A stretch of 64,000 bases of DNA from Nageia nagi (taxonomy: Eukaryota > Plantae > Pinophyta), in contig JBITNC010000002.1 of the NCBI GenBank assembly GCA_050084985.1, positions 34,472,001 to 34,536,000 of the forward strand, written 5' to 3'. Shown one piece after another: positions 1 to 12,689 of the stretch (position 1 is its first letter; the number at the start of each line of letters is the position of its first letter). The position numbers and the translations under genes were made by a program. Below the pieces are notes generated by a model. The model was given only the letters and a program-made list of their open reading frames with translations, did not search any database and was not told the DNA's origin.

Positions 1-239
1 AATAAGCCACTTCGAGGGGCAACCTCCTTTACATCACATCAATTACACAACAATCGACATCTTCAAATGATAATACCTCCTTAGTATATATAGGATTCCA
101 AGGGGTGCCACTACAATGAAAGGACACTAGCTGACATAACAATAATAATGTAAGGAAATAATAATAACCATAGCCGACCTAACAATAATAATGTATAGGG
201 ACCTAACATACTCATTCGATTTCAACTCACACTCTTGGT

Positions 240-2600
240 GCATTAATTAGATACTTGCCACTTTGGTGAAAGGAATAGTGAAATATGAGCTCTACATTAT
301 GGATCAAGTGCCAACAAAGAAGTGCATTACTATGAATATTTGCTCTAAGGGAAATCTTTAGCACCACATATTAGGCCACCTTAACCACAAAAGCATTTAA
401 GTCATAAAAAATGAACTTGTCAAATATTTGCCTTTTATATCACCTATAATTGGTCTTTGTGAGAATTACATCTTAGTAAGATGAATAGGGAAAAATTTAA
501 GAAAGATAAGGCAACCAGGGAAACTCAACCACTACAGCTTATGCATTCAAATTTGATGGGTCCATTTTAGACTAAGTCTCTTGGAAGAGCATCTTATGTA
601 TTGAACTTTATTAATGACTTTAGTAAGATGATATTTAGTTATCTACTTGAGCACAAGGATCAATCCTTTGATAGGTTGAATGACTATTACACCAAATATG
701 GGATCAAGAGGTAATTCACAATCCCTTACACCTTTCATTAGTATCTTATATGTTGAAGTTGTGAGTATTGTGATCTACACCCTGAATAGATCCAAAAAGT
801 GCATCTTTGTGGGCTATAATAGTCACCATAGAGGCTACAAGCTCCACTCTCCTTCCTCCAAAGTAGTGTTCATCTTGAGGGATGTAAAGTTAAATAAAAT
901 TCTAAATGAATATGTTTTTTGTGATGAATTGAATGATTTTTATGACTCTTTTGTTGCACCTAATTGGATGGATATCTATGTAGATAAGTCACCTTAGGAG
1001 AAACATTCTTCAACACAAATGATAACCAAAAGTATGACCTTAAACAAATCCAAATTTTCCAAAATTAATAAAAAGAATGAGCCCTCATCATTCAAAGAAG
1101 CTTTGAAGCATGAATGTTGAATGAAATCCATTAAAGTGGAGTATGAGGCTTTGATGAAAAATCAAACTTGGGACTTGGTTCTCTATCCCAATGAATGAAT
1201 TATGATTGGCAATAAATGGATTTACAAGGTCAAATACAATTCAATTAGATAAATTGAGAAATACAAGGCAAGGTTAGTAGCGAAGTGTTTCACTCATAAA
1301 TACAAAGTTGATTATAGGAAACCTTTGCTCCAATAGTGAGGATTCCCATAGTCAAGTTAATCCTTTCTCTTTCAGTAGCTCAAGGATGGAAAGTTTACTA
1401 ATTTGATGTCAAGAGTGCTTTTCTCAATGGTGACTTAGATGTCAAGATCTACATGAATCAACTAGAAGGACTTATTGTGAAAGGCAAATAGTCTCTTATG
1501 TGCATGCTAAATAAATCGTTATATGGACTTAAGCAAGCACCTAGAGCTTGGTACAAAAAAATTTCAATATACTTTGCAGATATTGGATTCTCAAAGTGCT
1601 TCTCCAATATATGTCTATATGTGCTCAATTAGGGAAAATATTTGGTCTTGATTCTTCTCTATGTGGATGATCTTTTGATCATAGGAAATAATAACAAAAT
1701 CATCTAAGAGTACATATCCAAACTTAAGGCAACATTTGAAATGATTGATCTTGGTCTCTCGCACTACTACATTGGTATGCAAGTGTACCAATACAAAGAT
1801 TGTACTTTCCTTAGTCAATCCATATATATATCAAATATATTACAAAAGTTTAGAATGGATGAATGTAAACTTGTTGCGATCCTAGTATCTCATGAAATCA
1901 CTCTAACTCTTAGCTCCAATTCTTAGTTGGAAGATGCTACATCTTACAGGAAACTAAGTGGCAATCTTCTTTATATGACTATCTCCAAGCTATATATTTC
2001 TTTTGTTGTTAATATTATGGTATGGTTTATGCAAAAATCATATGTTGAGCATCTCAATGCTAAGCAAATCTTGAGGTATGTTGTGGGAATGAACGATATT
2101 ACTTTCAAGTATTACAACTTTTTCTCATTTATTCTCTCAAGGTACTCAAATTTTGACTATGGGGGAGATAAAGATGATAAGAAATCAAACTTTGCTTATG
2201 TGTTTAGCATTGGTTCAAGTGTTATCTCTTCTAATAAGTAGCCTACTACTCTCTCCACCACAAAAGTAGAATATCAATCCATGTCTTTCGTGAATAAGAA
2301 GCTATTTGGTTTAAGAATCTTCTAAAAGAAATTGGGTATGAAAAAGCTCACCCATCTTAGATTTTTTTAAATAATAAATTGATCATTACCTTAGAAAAGA
2401 ACCCTATTTTCCATTAGAGAACAAAAATATTAAAATCCAAGCATATTTTATCATGGGGAAGCTTTGTATGGTATCCTATAATTACAATATTATTCATTAG
2501 TCCTAAAATCCATTGATTTGTTCACCAAGCCCCATCCTTAAGCTTAATTCTACAAGCTTAGGGAATCTATTGGGTTGGTGAAGTGGCCCTCAAGAGGGAG
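240..2600 (+). mobile_element. Degenerate Ty1/copia pol region (pre-integrase, integrase, RT, RNase H), ending in a PPT
   Basis: Broken-frame motifs in copia order: LGHLN (~370), LMHSNLMGPF (~540), SKKCIFVGY (ORF 680-997), KYKARLVAK (~1260), FDVKSAFLNGDL (~1400), LYGLKQAPRAWY (~1520), LYVDDLL (~1658), RNase H YSNFDYGGD (ORF 1927-2241) and FTKP (~2521). PPT AAGAGGGAG precedes TG at 2601. Many stops and frameshifts. Confidence 0.93.
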
Positions 2601-2930
2601 TGAAGATTAAATTATTGTTGAATTCATGTCTATGATGATAACTTCATCCTTAGGAGGATTTTTAGATGTATAGTGTTGATCTTTTTATGTACATCTTTGT
2701 GGTTAGTTCGCTACGTGGGATGAATTAGTTGCATATGTTTTAGCATGCAATGGCTTCTGCTAAGCACTATTTCAGATATCCATATGTGAGGAACTAGTAT
2801 ATGCATTTTGGCATTATTTAGTTATCCATATGTGAGGAACTTGTATATGCTTATTCTCTGTGAGGAACTTGCATATGCTTATGCTTTATTTTTTTATGTT
2901 GATCAACATGTATTTTTATATAGTAGGTAA
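2601..2930 (+). mobile_element. Probable truncated 3' LTR of the preceding copia element
   Basis: Starts with TG directly after the PPT. Contains three copies of (ccata)TGTGAGGAACTwGyATATGC at ~2780-2880. The 3' end was not identified. Confidence 0.5.
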
Positions 2931-5639
2931 CTAAGAGTATTGGCTTGGAATCTTGTTCTTCTTCTTCCCCTTCACTCTCACCTTTGGTAGCTTCATTAGG
3001 TCCTCTCTAGTGTACATACCAAGCTCCTTTAGCCTAGATCCTACCCACCAGTATATGTAATCTTGCTCAAATTGTAACCATCATATATGTCATCAATCTT
3101 CTCATCACTATCACTACCTAGCTCATCATAATATGGTGGTTCCCAATCTTCTTTTCACTTGGGCAATATTTCATATATCTAATGATCATATGTCATATGC
3201 CTCCTTTTTCATAAAACTAGCCTACATATAAGTTCCACTAATTGTTTCTAGCCAAATTATCGCATCATACAATCAAGTCTATATGGCTCTATGAAGGTAT
3301 TCCTTTTCTAGAGGTAGCAAGGTGTCCGTTGACATCCTAGTTCTCCCCTTGGTTCATTAGCCCAATATGGTAGGGTTACATAGGGTCTATAAATAATGTC
3401 ATATGAAACCAAATAAAATATTGTATGTTAGTTTATGATTTGATATTACATAAATGTACTAAAAAATAAATAATTGTTTGATATAATTCATACCAACCAC
3501 TAGGTTTTCCACCACCTTTCACCATGCCTATACTCCTTTGAGCTAACAAATGAGCTTGTCACGTTTAGTCCATGTGAACCATATGGTATCATTAGTTAAC
3601 ATCCCTGATACTGATAGCTCTTTAGCTTTGACTACATAAATATGTTCACAATCCCAACATTGTAATACAAAATCATGTGATATTCTCTTAACACCCTTTT
3701 GAACCATAACAAATTTGTGTAGGTAATGATACAAGTGTGGTAGAATTTAGGGTTCCCATACAAACCTCATAGCTTGGTGTATCTTATGGATCACATGAAT
3801 AATCCCAAGTGGAACTATCTCATAGTTTTTATATAGATACACAATTCTAAACATGTAGGCTTCCATGATGAGTCAAACTCGCCTCACCCTTTATGATTTC
3901 CTTTGGAATGCTCAATGAAGGTATGTCCCCTTCTTACCCTCAAGATATAATTTGATCCTCATGATCCATGTAGCTAACTACCCCTTTAGTTAGCCTTTGG
4001 AGTATTCCATCATGAATGAAAATAAGTCTACCTTTCATAATAACATAAAGAATCTTGTGAATGTTCTTCAGAATAATGGTCACCTCTTCCCATAGGAAAA
4101 TAAATTATATTCATGGACTTGGACCACCTCTCCATCAAGCTCATAAGCATGTATCTATCCACTTGTACATATTAGGCTTGTAGAAGGTACCCCATACCCA
4201 CATGGTTAAGGAGGCTAATTTCTTTCATGGTTAAATTGGTATACCGACTATATCCCTCTATCCAGCTCCTCGATATAGGCTTCGGTTCCATGAGGAACTT
4301 ACGACACTAAAACAACACAAAAAAGGAGGTATGTGTTAATTCCATATTGAGTAATTTCATAAATTCAAAAAGTAAAATTTTTTATTTAATATTTTGTAAA
4401 CACATGTGGCATCCTATAATCATGATAAATACAATATTAGACATATCTTTTATCTGCTATGCACACATTGACACCTACACCAATGCCCATGTGGAGTTCT
4501 TTTGGTTTCTCTTCCCTAAAACTCAAGGATAAATGATAAAAAAATATATATATTATGGAAAATTATACTATCAATAAAATTTACAACATATGACATGAAA
4601 CCTATGATGCCCTAGCTCCTAAAAATTAAAACCCTAGGGCTTCAAAATGAAAACATAGGAAAATTACTACAACTATATGGTGATACATTTCATAACATAA
4701 AGATATAAGATTACAAGACTTATAATGTGTGTAGATACCCTATTATTGTGAAGAAAGAATACATAATGTGTGTCTTGCTCAATGATCCACATCCTAGCAT
4801 AACTAGAATGGTCTCATAAACCACTAGGGGAAATCAACAACCAAATGATATCATAAACCTACCAATTATACCTCCAAAAATCACTCAAAACTTTAAAATA
4901 CAATTCTCCTTCTCCTGGATAAGAGCACATATAGCAACAAATGAATGTGACAAATGAATTAGGGTTTTCTCTATTTAAAATGAAATTAGGACATAATCTT
5001 TGAGATAATATTAAAATTTTGCAAATAAACTTGACAAAAAAATTTAATTCTTTGGAAATCAAAATCTACATTGACATAAAATCTTATTGTATGAATTTAC
5101 AAAGTCATTTATGACATGGCTTAGCATGAACGCTCAAGGTAACATCAACATTGAGGCCAATGTTGGTGCTAGCATTCACAAGCTATTTTCATAGATGAGT
5201 TTTAGATTGGTATTACTTGAGGTATGAATGATTTGAAAAATAGTATAAGATTGAATAAAAAATAATCATCAAATATTGGAAATCGAGAATGAGAATTTCA
5301 ATTTCAAGGTAATACCATTCAAGGCACACTTCAAAATTAGATGGGTGATTTATCAGTTTAGAATATGGTAAAAGCATAACATGCAATGATTTTTGTTGAA
5401 AAAGTTATGTTTTAGCATGATTGGGAATAAGATGATTGACCCCAACACCAAAGCAAGCATCAATATTAGGGTGTTTATTCAGTTATCAATTTTGGATCAT
5501 GGTCATAATACTTGATGGCATACCCTCAAGCATCTATTAGGAAAATTTTCTAACTTTTGATCTTTTACAACCTTGATGTTCCTTATGTGCACATTGCTAT
5601 GATTAGGATATGCTTGAAAAAGGTTTATTCATTTGGAAT

Positions 5640-5900
5640 ATTTGAAATCACTTGAGGCTTGGAAATATGAAATTCTTGTTTGGTAATATGACAACCCTAT
5701 GGGTTGAAAATTAGCATCTTGTTTGGAAATATGAAAACCTTATGGGTTGGGCATTTAGTATCTTGTTTGGCTTTATGATTGCTATATGTATTTATTGGAA
5801 ATACATAGATAAAATCCCATATTAAAGTATATGATAACCTTTTGGGTTAGGCATTTAGCATTCTTTTTGGTAATAACCATTTGGGTTAGGTATTTAATAA
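5640..5900. repeat. Degenerate ~40-45 bp tandem repeat
   Basis: About 4-5 recurrences of CTTGTTTGG(t/a)AATATGA..ACC.TATGGGTTG..CATTTAGCAT. Confidence 0.6.
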
Positions 5901-6738
5901 ATTTATCTTATGAGACATCCATGAATTGGGTATCTTTTTTGCTACCATGATAATGTTCACTCATGAATGGGGAAAATTGTTATTTCTATGATAGTGTGAC
6001 CCTCATTTGCTTTTGCTACCTTTCTTGGTTGGGTTTAAACTAACCATCACTATAATGACTCTTTATGATCATGTGTTTACAAACACAAATGAGGCATATT
6101 TTTACTTCCATTACGGTGTGACTTCCATGTGTTTATGATCATATTTATTTGTTGGGTTTAAATTAACTATCACTATTTTATGATCACATGTGTTCGCATC
6201 CATGAATAATACATTAGGCACTACTATGATGATTATTATATATGAATAGGATATATTTTTCTTTCTTGATGATGTATACATATTATATCAATTTCATCCT
6301 TGCTCTTTATTTCTATATTTTTTTAGATGAAATGTTTTGTATGAGTCCATGAATGGGATGCCTGGTTCTACTATGATGATTTATACCCATGAATAGAGAA
6401 TTAAGTGTTACCATGATGATATCATACACTTATGATGATCATTGCTCTCATTATCACTGCTATATTTTTAAGAGTTTTTATCACATGTATGTTTGGAAGG
6501 TGGTATTTTTGTCTCTCTTTTCTAGGTTATTCTTTGCTCTTGGTTGATCTTATTCCATGAGGATAATTTTATTTCATAATCAAGGAAAAGAGGGGGAAAT
6601 AAATACCATCAACTTTTGATGATCAAATGACTTCATAGAAAAAATAGAGAAGTATCAAATTTTTCTTTCCTTATTTTTTATGTTTCCTTTGCAATCATAA
6701 TTACATTTCATTTTATTATATTTGCAAAGGGATGCATT

Positions 6739-7510
6739 TGTTGACACTTAATTTTGGTCCACCTTAGGTGGTCCCATTAAGTGTTTTATTATGTTGATCT
6801 TATATCATGTTATGGGTGTTTTCTTGGTCCTTTCTTATGCAATCTCATCTTTTATTATGCTAGGTACCCTAGCATTGATGCTCATCTTTCTAAGAGATAG
6901 TTGGTGGATATCTTACATATATAAGGGTAAGTATGATTGCAAGGAAAGTTATCAAGATTTCAATCTCGATAGTTAGTACCACTTCAAATTTTTAGTGTTT
7001 ATCAATACCACCTATTGATATTGGGATCTTATTATCATGAGCATATATGTTATTTCATATTCTACAAATATATTTTTGTCTCAACTTGTTTACCATCTAT
7101 TATGCATTGGATCTTGATTGTAAACTCATTCCTTTGGATGCCTAGTTTCTATGTTAATGTATGCATTGGTACTATTTTTAGGGGCTTAATGTCTGCACTC
7201 CCATTGACATATACACTATTATTCTAGTCTATTGTACTCTATGGGGATTTGCATATCAAGATCATTATCTTCAATAAGCTCATGTATACATATAATATTC
7301 ATCTTCCATGTAATATTTATAGCTATATATCCTTCACTTGATCCTATTATCAATAGTGTGTTTGGTTATCTAGATCCAATAATTTTAGATCGATTATTCA
7401 TTATCACATTCCCTATATCTTGGATTAGTGTTATTGTTATCCTTTGTTATCTTTACTATTTATCTTAGTGTAAAGAATACATCATTTTACATGTGAATGT
7501 GAATGTTAAC
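6739..7510 (+). mobile_element. Possible LTR of a decayed retroelement
   Basis: A purine-rich AAAGGGA tract precedes TGTTGACAC at 6739, a TATA-like ATATATAAG lies at ~6917, and the segment ends near GTTAAC just before the next copia fragment. No partner LTR seen. Confidence 0.3.
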
Positions 7511-7619
7511 CTAGTTACCACTTAGCTCACACTAGGGATCACTAAAAACATTCAACAGACTTACATCGTACAAAAAGATATTATAGAATTCACATTCGAG
7601 TGCTCTCCCATACATGTCT

Positions 7620-9439
7620 ACATCTAGACCAAGGACAAGCAATATGAATCGTATAAAAGAACATGAAGCATGGATGATGAGAAAGTGAATTTGGCATTGA
7701 TGAGCACAATGTAAATACTCTTCAACCTAAAATAATTCATAAAGCCCTTAAGATACCATATTGAAAATCAACCATGGAGGTTGTGTATGATGCTTTGATG
7801 AAGAATGTCATGTGGAAGTTGGTAGATATTCCATTTGCTAAGAAGGCTATCATATGCAAATGGGTATTCAAAATGAAGTAAAACACTGAAATAATACTTG
7901 ATAAGCATAAGCCCAAACTAGTTGCCAAAGGATATGCCCAAGAGGAAGGTATAGACTATGAGGAGATATTTTCTCCCACAACCAAGATAAATACCATTAT
8001 AATTGCTTTCACAATGGATTCATAGTTTGTCTAAAAAGTATATTAGATAGATGTGAAGAGTGCCTTTCTAAAAGAGATTTAAATAGCAATAACCTAAGGA
8101 ATTTATTATTGATCCAAAAAAAGGAAAAGTATGTGATTGATAAAGTCTCTATATGGTTTAAAATAGGCTCCAAGAGCATGGTACATCAAAATTGATAAAT
8201 ACCTCCTACAACATGGTTTTGTTACAAGCCCTTATGATCCAAATCTTTACCTTCAACAACGTTAGGGGAGATAGATATTGTTGTAGTGTATGTAGATGAT
8301 TTGGTCATCATAGGGAGTAATAAGGAGTTGATCTTATCTTGTAAGGATGACATCAAAAACTTATTCAACATGACTAATATTGATTTACTTCACTATTTAT
8401 TTGGATTGGAGGTATAGCAAATGTAGGAACATTTATTTCATAGGTGAAGTACATCAAGAGTTTGCTAGAGAAGTTCACGATGAAAAATTGGCAACTTATT
8501 TTTCACCACACAATATTCAACTTTGTTACATTTCCATGAAAGAAAAAGTTACATATGTTTTCTCCAAGTCTCTTGATTATGAAAATTTTGAATACTTTTG
8601 AGCTTCCTCTATTGTTATTTGAGGACCTAATGTATTATAGAGGGGAATATTAGAAGTTGTAATACAGTAGATATAGATGAATAAAATAGATGTTAGGTAT
8701 TTAGAATACCTTAATTTAGTATATTTCATTTATTAAATATTATTAGTTTAATTATTTAAATGGGAACCCTAAATTCTTGACTACTTATGCATTTAAGCGC
8801 ATTTTGATGTAAGACAATCATTTTTGTCTTGTCTTATCTTTATCTGATAGTATATCCTTTAGATAAAAGAGTGAACTAAATCAAATTTGTTTATAAAAGT
8901 ATACCCTTTGGATAAAATGGTGAACCAAATCCAATTGTACATAAAGGATATATTTTGGACAAAAGGGTGAACCAAATATGATATTTACATAAATTATATA
9001 CTTTTTTTATGGTATCTCCCTTTAGATAAAAGGATAAACCAAATAAGATATTTTTCCTATATAAACAAGGCTTGGCCTTGAAAAAAATTATCTTTTAGAG
9101 GGAAAGTTTATGTTAGAAGTTTATTTATAAGATATTATGTTTATTATATTTATAGAGAAATAGAACAAGATTAGTATTATCTTGTTTATGAGAGATAAGA
9201 GCATTATGACCTCAAGCTAAATGTTTTTATAACTTTCTTGAAGATATACTTAGTTCATCTTTCATAATAGATGTTTCTCACTACTTTTTAGTAATGAGTT
9301 TTACTACTATATATTATATGTTATTATCCTTCTTAAGTGATTGTTTATGGTGGATTAAATAATTGTTTGGAAGTTGTAGAGATGCTACAAATGATCTTGG
9401 TGGAGGTTTCTTTATAAACCTCTCATTTGGTATCAAAGC
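7620..9439 (+). mobile_element. Degenerate Ty1/copia RT-RNase H fragment with PPT, LTR (8648-9425) and a tRNA-iMet PBS (9428-9439)
   Basis: Motifs [31 protein letters not shown] (~7915-7978), DVKSAFL, LYGLK*APRAWY, VYVDDL (~8287) and IQLCYIS..VFSKSL (internally deleted RNase H). PPT AGAGGGGAA at 8639-8647. CA-TT-TGGTATCAAAGC at 9424-9439. Confidence 0.88.
8851..9050. repeat. ~48 bp tandem repeat x4 inside the LTR
   Basis: TATA.CCTTT(a/g)GATAAAA.(a/g)GTGAACCAAAT recurs at ~8851, ~8900, ~8948 and ~9013. Confidence 0.7.
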
Positions 9440-11444
9440 CAATTTGTAGACCATCTCTTTCAAACAATATTTTCTTGAGGCAATCCTAACCTTTAAGTAT
9501 TATCCAAAATATTTCTTTTTATTTCATATGTAAGGGAGTTTTCTATTTATCTTAATAATTTCTTTTGAGGTAAAAGATCTTCTTATTTTTTTAGTCAAAT
9601 ACTAACCATGGGAAGTTTTTTATTTGATCTAACAATAGTTATTTGTAAATTTGTTTTACATGAAAAAGAGAGTGTTTTGTAGAAAATTTTAAAATTGCAA
9701 TTTTTTTCTATAATTATTACTAGCATAACTTTAAAAAGAAATTTTTTTGTTTTGTGTTTTTTGCCTTATCTTTAGAAACAGCTCATTAAAAGATTTCCAA
9801 AATTTCATAAACCTAAAACCAACATGCAATTTTCAATATATGTATATTTGAAATTGTCCATTATTACAATTATTTTTGCAAGTGTAACAAACAAAAGTTT
9901 TTTGTTATTTTTTCAAATCCTAGCATAAAGATGAAAATTTATGTTTTGTATTTTTTGGAAATACTCATTAAGTGCTTTTCAAAGGTTGAAAAATAGCTTA
10001 AAATTGACTTACAATTTTCAAGATATGAGTATTTAAAGTTGATCATTGTAATTTTCTTACAAATTTAGTTTTTGTTTTGGTAAATTTTTTAAGTTTTTCC
10101 AAAAATAATTGAAAAATGACATATGATTTTTGTTATACTTATACTATGTAACATTTACAATGTAATAGCTATGAGTTGTGTTATACTTATACTATGTAAC
10201 ATCTACAAAGTAATAGCTGATTTTGTGAATCTTGTTAAGATCCTTTGGATGATAACAAGAAGTAATTGGTTCTTTGACATGAATGGTTGAGTATTCTATT
10301 CATGTGTAAAAAGTTGGATGCCTTTTCGAGCCTATGAAGGGAGGCTATTATATCATTTTATTTTTTGTTTCTTAACAATTTAATTGAAACATATGGAATC
10401 TCATGATAGATTTCTAACTCACAAAAGGAGAAAATGCAAGCCAATTGTTAAAACATTTGAACCAATAAAAATATGTGAACTAGTTACTTTTGAGGATCAT
10501 AACTTTGGATGTATGCATTGATTTCATGCAAGGAAATGATTTTTGTATAATTACTTCAAATAGAAACCAATAATATATGGTTCATTGATTTTTAGGTACA
10601 TTAATTTATTTAAATGAATCTTCAAAACTATGAAGAAAACAAAATCTATTTTTTAAAGAACTATCAAAAAAAATATTGAATTTCCAATTTGATTGCATCT
10701 TTGGTTATATGACTTTGTTTGCAATAAGTGATGACCACTAGAAAGTACTTTTTAAATACTTTCTAATAGTATATTTGTTTATTAAGATTTGAGGTTTTTT
10801 AGTTCTTCAATTTTGATATATGAAATTGTATGTTAAAAGCTTTGCAAAAAGACATACACAACTCATTTGTATTTGATGCATGATAACTTAAGTATGTTAT
10901 TTTAACTAATATGGTGATAATGATTAGATCAAATATAATAAAAGAGGAGAAATATATTTTATAAAATAAAAAATAAGGAGATATTTTTTCTTACAACTAA
11001 AAAATGGAGAATATTTATTTTGCAAATAACAAGGGGGGAACAATACTTACCTTCCATGATCTTTTTTTTTTCACTTCTTTCCCTTGTTGCATATAAGTAT
11101 TAGGATGAAAAATATATATCTTATATAAAGTTGTTCTCAACTCTAAATGTGTTTTTTATGCAACTTTATAAAGATTTGATTTTTGAATGTAACTTTATCA
11201 AAATTGATTTTTTTAATAAATATTTGATCTTTAAATTGGAATTTTATATAGATTTTTTATAACTTAGTAAAAATTTAATTTTTAAGTGAAACTTTCTAAA
11301 CATTTCAAATTGTTTAAGTATCTTAAATATTTTTTAACTTATTCTTTTTGCTAAAATATTTTGATATGTGAAATAGGATGAGATTGTAAATCTTAATATT
11401 TTTGGAAGGAAATTGATTACTTAGCCATATCATTTTTTTGAACT

Positions 11445-11580
11445 CAAATTTGCATATGATTCCTTTCAAAATGATTTGAAACCTTTCATGTAATTTTAAA
11501 ATCATATCATACTTGAAATTTGCATATGATTCCTTTCAAAATAATTTGAAACCTTTCATGTAATTTGAAAATCATATCAT
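11445..11580. repeat. ~70 bp direct tandem duplication
   Basis: AAATTTGCATATGATTCCTTTCAAAAT(g/a)ATTTGAAACCTTTCATGTAATTT(t/g)AAAATCATATCAT occurs twice. Confidence 0.85.
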
Positions 11581-11595
11581 GCTTGATCAAGTCTG

Positions 11596-11660
11596 ATATG
11601 ATTCGAACCTGGGACCTCCCATAGATGAGTCAAAGCATTTAACCATCATGTTGTCCCCTT
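11596..11660 (-). other. tRNA-derived (Pol III A/B-box-like) sequence, not a functional tRNA
   Basis: The minus strand reads GGGGACAACATGATGGTTAAATGC...GGGAGGTCCCAGGTTCGAATC, with a perfect B box (11600-11609) and a degenerate A box. The acceptor stem does not close. Confidence 0.5.
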
Positions 11661-11932
11661 AGGGACTTTTCATTGGCAATATTTGGCATTGGAATAATGA
11701 TATATTTATTCAAATATGAAAAGGATACCATCGTAATATTTTAATCAATAATTAAAAATTGTTCAATCCTATAAATATTTGACAACATTGAAAGCATTTG
11801 ATCAAGAGTGATCAAGCCTCTATCTTAAACTAAAAATATACTTCTTATTGGTTGGAGTACCAACTTCTTGAAAGGTACCTAATCCCTATAAATAAAGGTG
11901 AAGATTGAGATAAAATTCTATATGGAAAATGA

Positions 11933-12425
11933 ATATTATGCAATGGTAACTTATGTTATATTAACATATTGTTACTTCGATAAATAGATGCTATATAATG
12001 GTAACTTGTTTTGCATCGGTAATTGTTGCTTTGCTAACTAGATATTGTATAATGGCAATTTGCAATGGTTACTTTGGCAACTTGAAATTGTGCAATGGTA
12101 GCTTATGTTGCATTGGAAATTGTTACTTTGGTAACTTGATATTGCATAATGGTAACTTTATGTTACATTGGAAAATGTTGTATTGGAAAAACTTCATATT
12201 GCATAATGATAAATTTATGTTACATTGACAATTATTGCATTAGTAACTTGATATTGTGCAATGGTAACTTCATGCAATATTGGCAATTATTACTTTGGCA
12301 ACTTGATATTGCATAATGGCAACTTTATGTTACTTTGGTAATTGTTATTTTGGCAACTTCATAATGTGCAATGGAAATTTTGTATTGTATAAATAATTGT
12401 TGTTTTAGCAACTATATTATGTAAT
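11933..12425. repeat. ~55 bp minisatellite, about 9 degenerate units, probably inside an LTR
   Basis: Consensus approximately ATATTGTGCAATGGTAACTTTATGTTGCATTGGTAATTGTTACTTTGGCAACTTG. It follows a TATA-like CCTATAAATA (~11885), and the segment ends ...ATCCAACA at 12613. Confidence 0.8.
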
Positions 12426-12689
12426 GAAAAAGATATGAAAGCTCAACTCTTATATTTTTACTACACTTGGTTGAATAAGAAATTATTGTGCTTTATCTTT
12501 ATGTGAAATCAAGCCAACAAATTCAAGATCTTTGTAATCATCTTAAATATAAACTTTGATCAAGATGTTGAAACAATCTCCTTAAACTCTCTCTCAAGTC
12601 TTTTAATCCAACATGAGGAGTCACTAAGGAATAACTAAAAGGAAAATAAAAGGTTACACCAGTCCCATATGTTTTGAAAAGGCAAAATT

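Noticed and set aside
3380-4320. Gypsy gag remnant on the minus strand
   Set aside because: Only vague similarity, too degraded to support.
7737-7928. Similar short ORFs MATSLGLCLSS (7737-7928, -) and [11 protein letters not shown] (20337-20528, +) as a novel peptide family
   Set aside because: Both are antisense shadows of the same conserved copia RT segment.
11933-12425. CRISPR-like array or Cys/Asn-rich protein (ORF 11998-12228)
   Set aside because: The units are contiguous degenerate tandem repeats with no unique spacers, the context is eukaryotic, and the ORF just translates the repeat.
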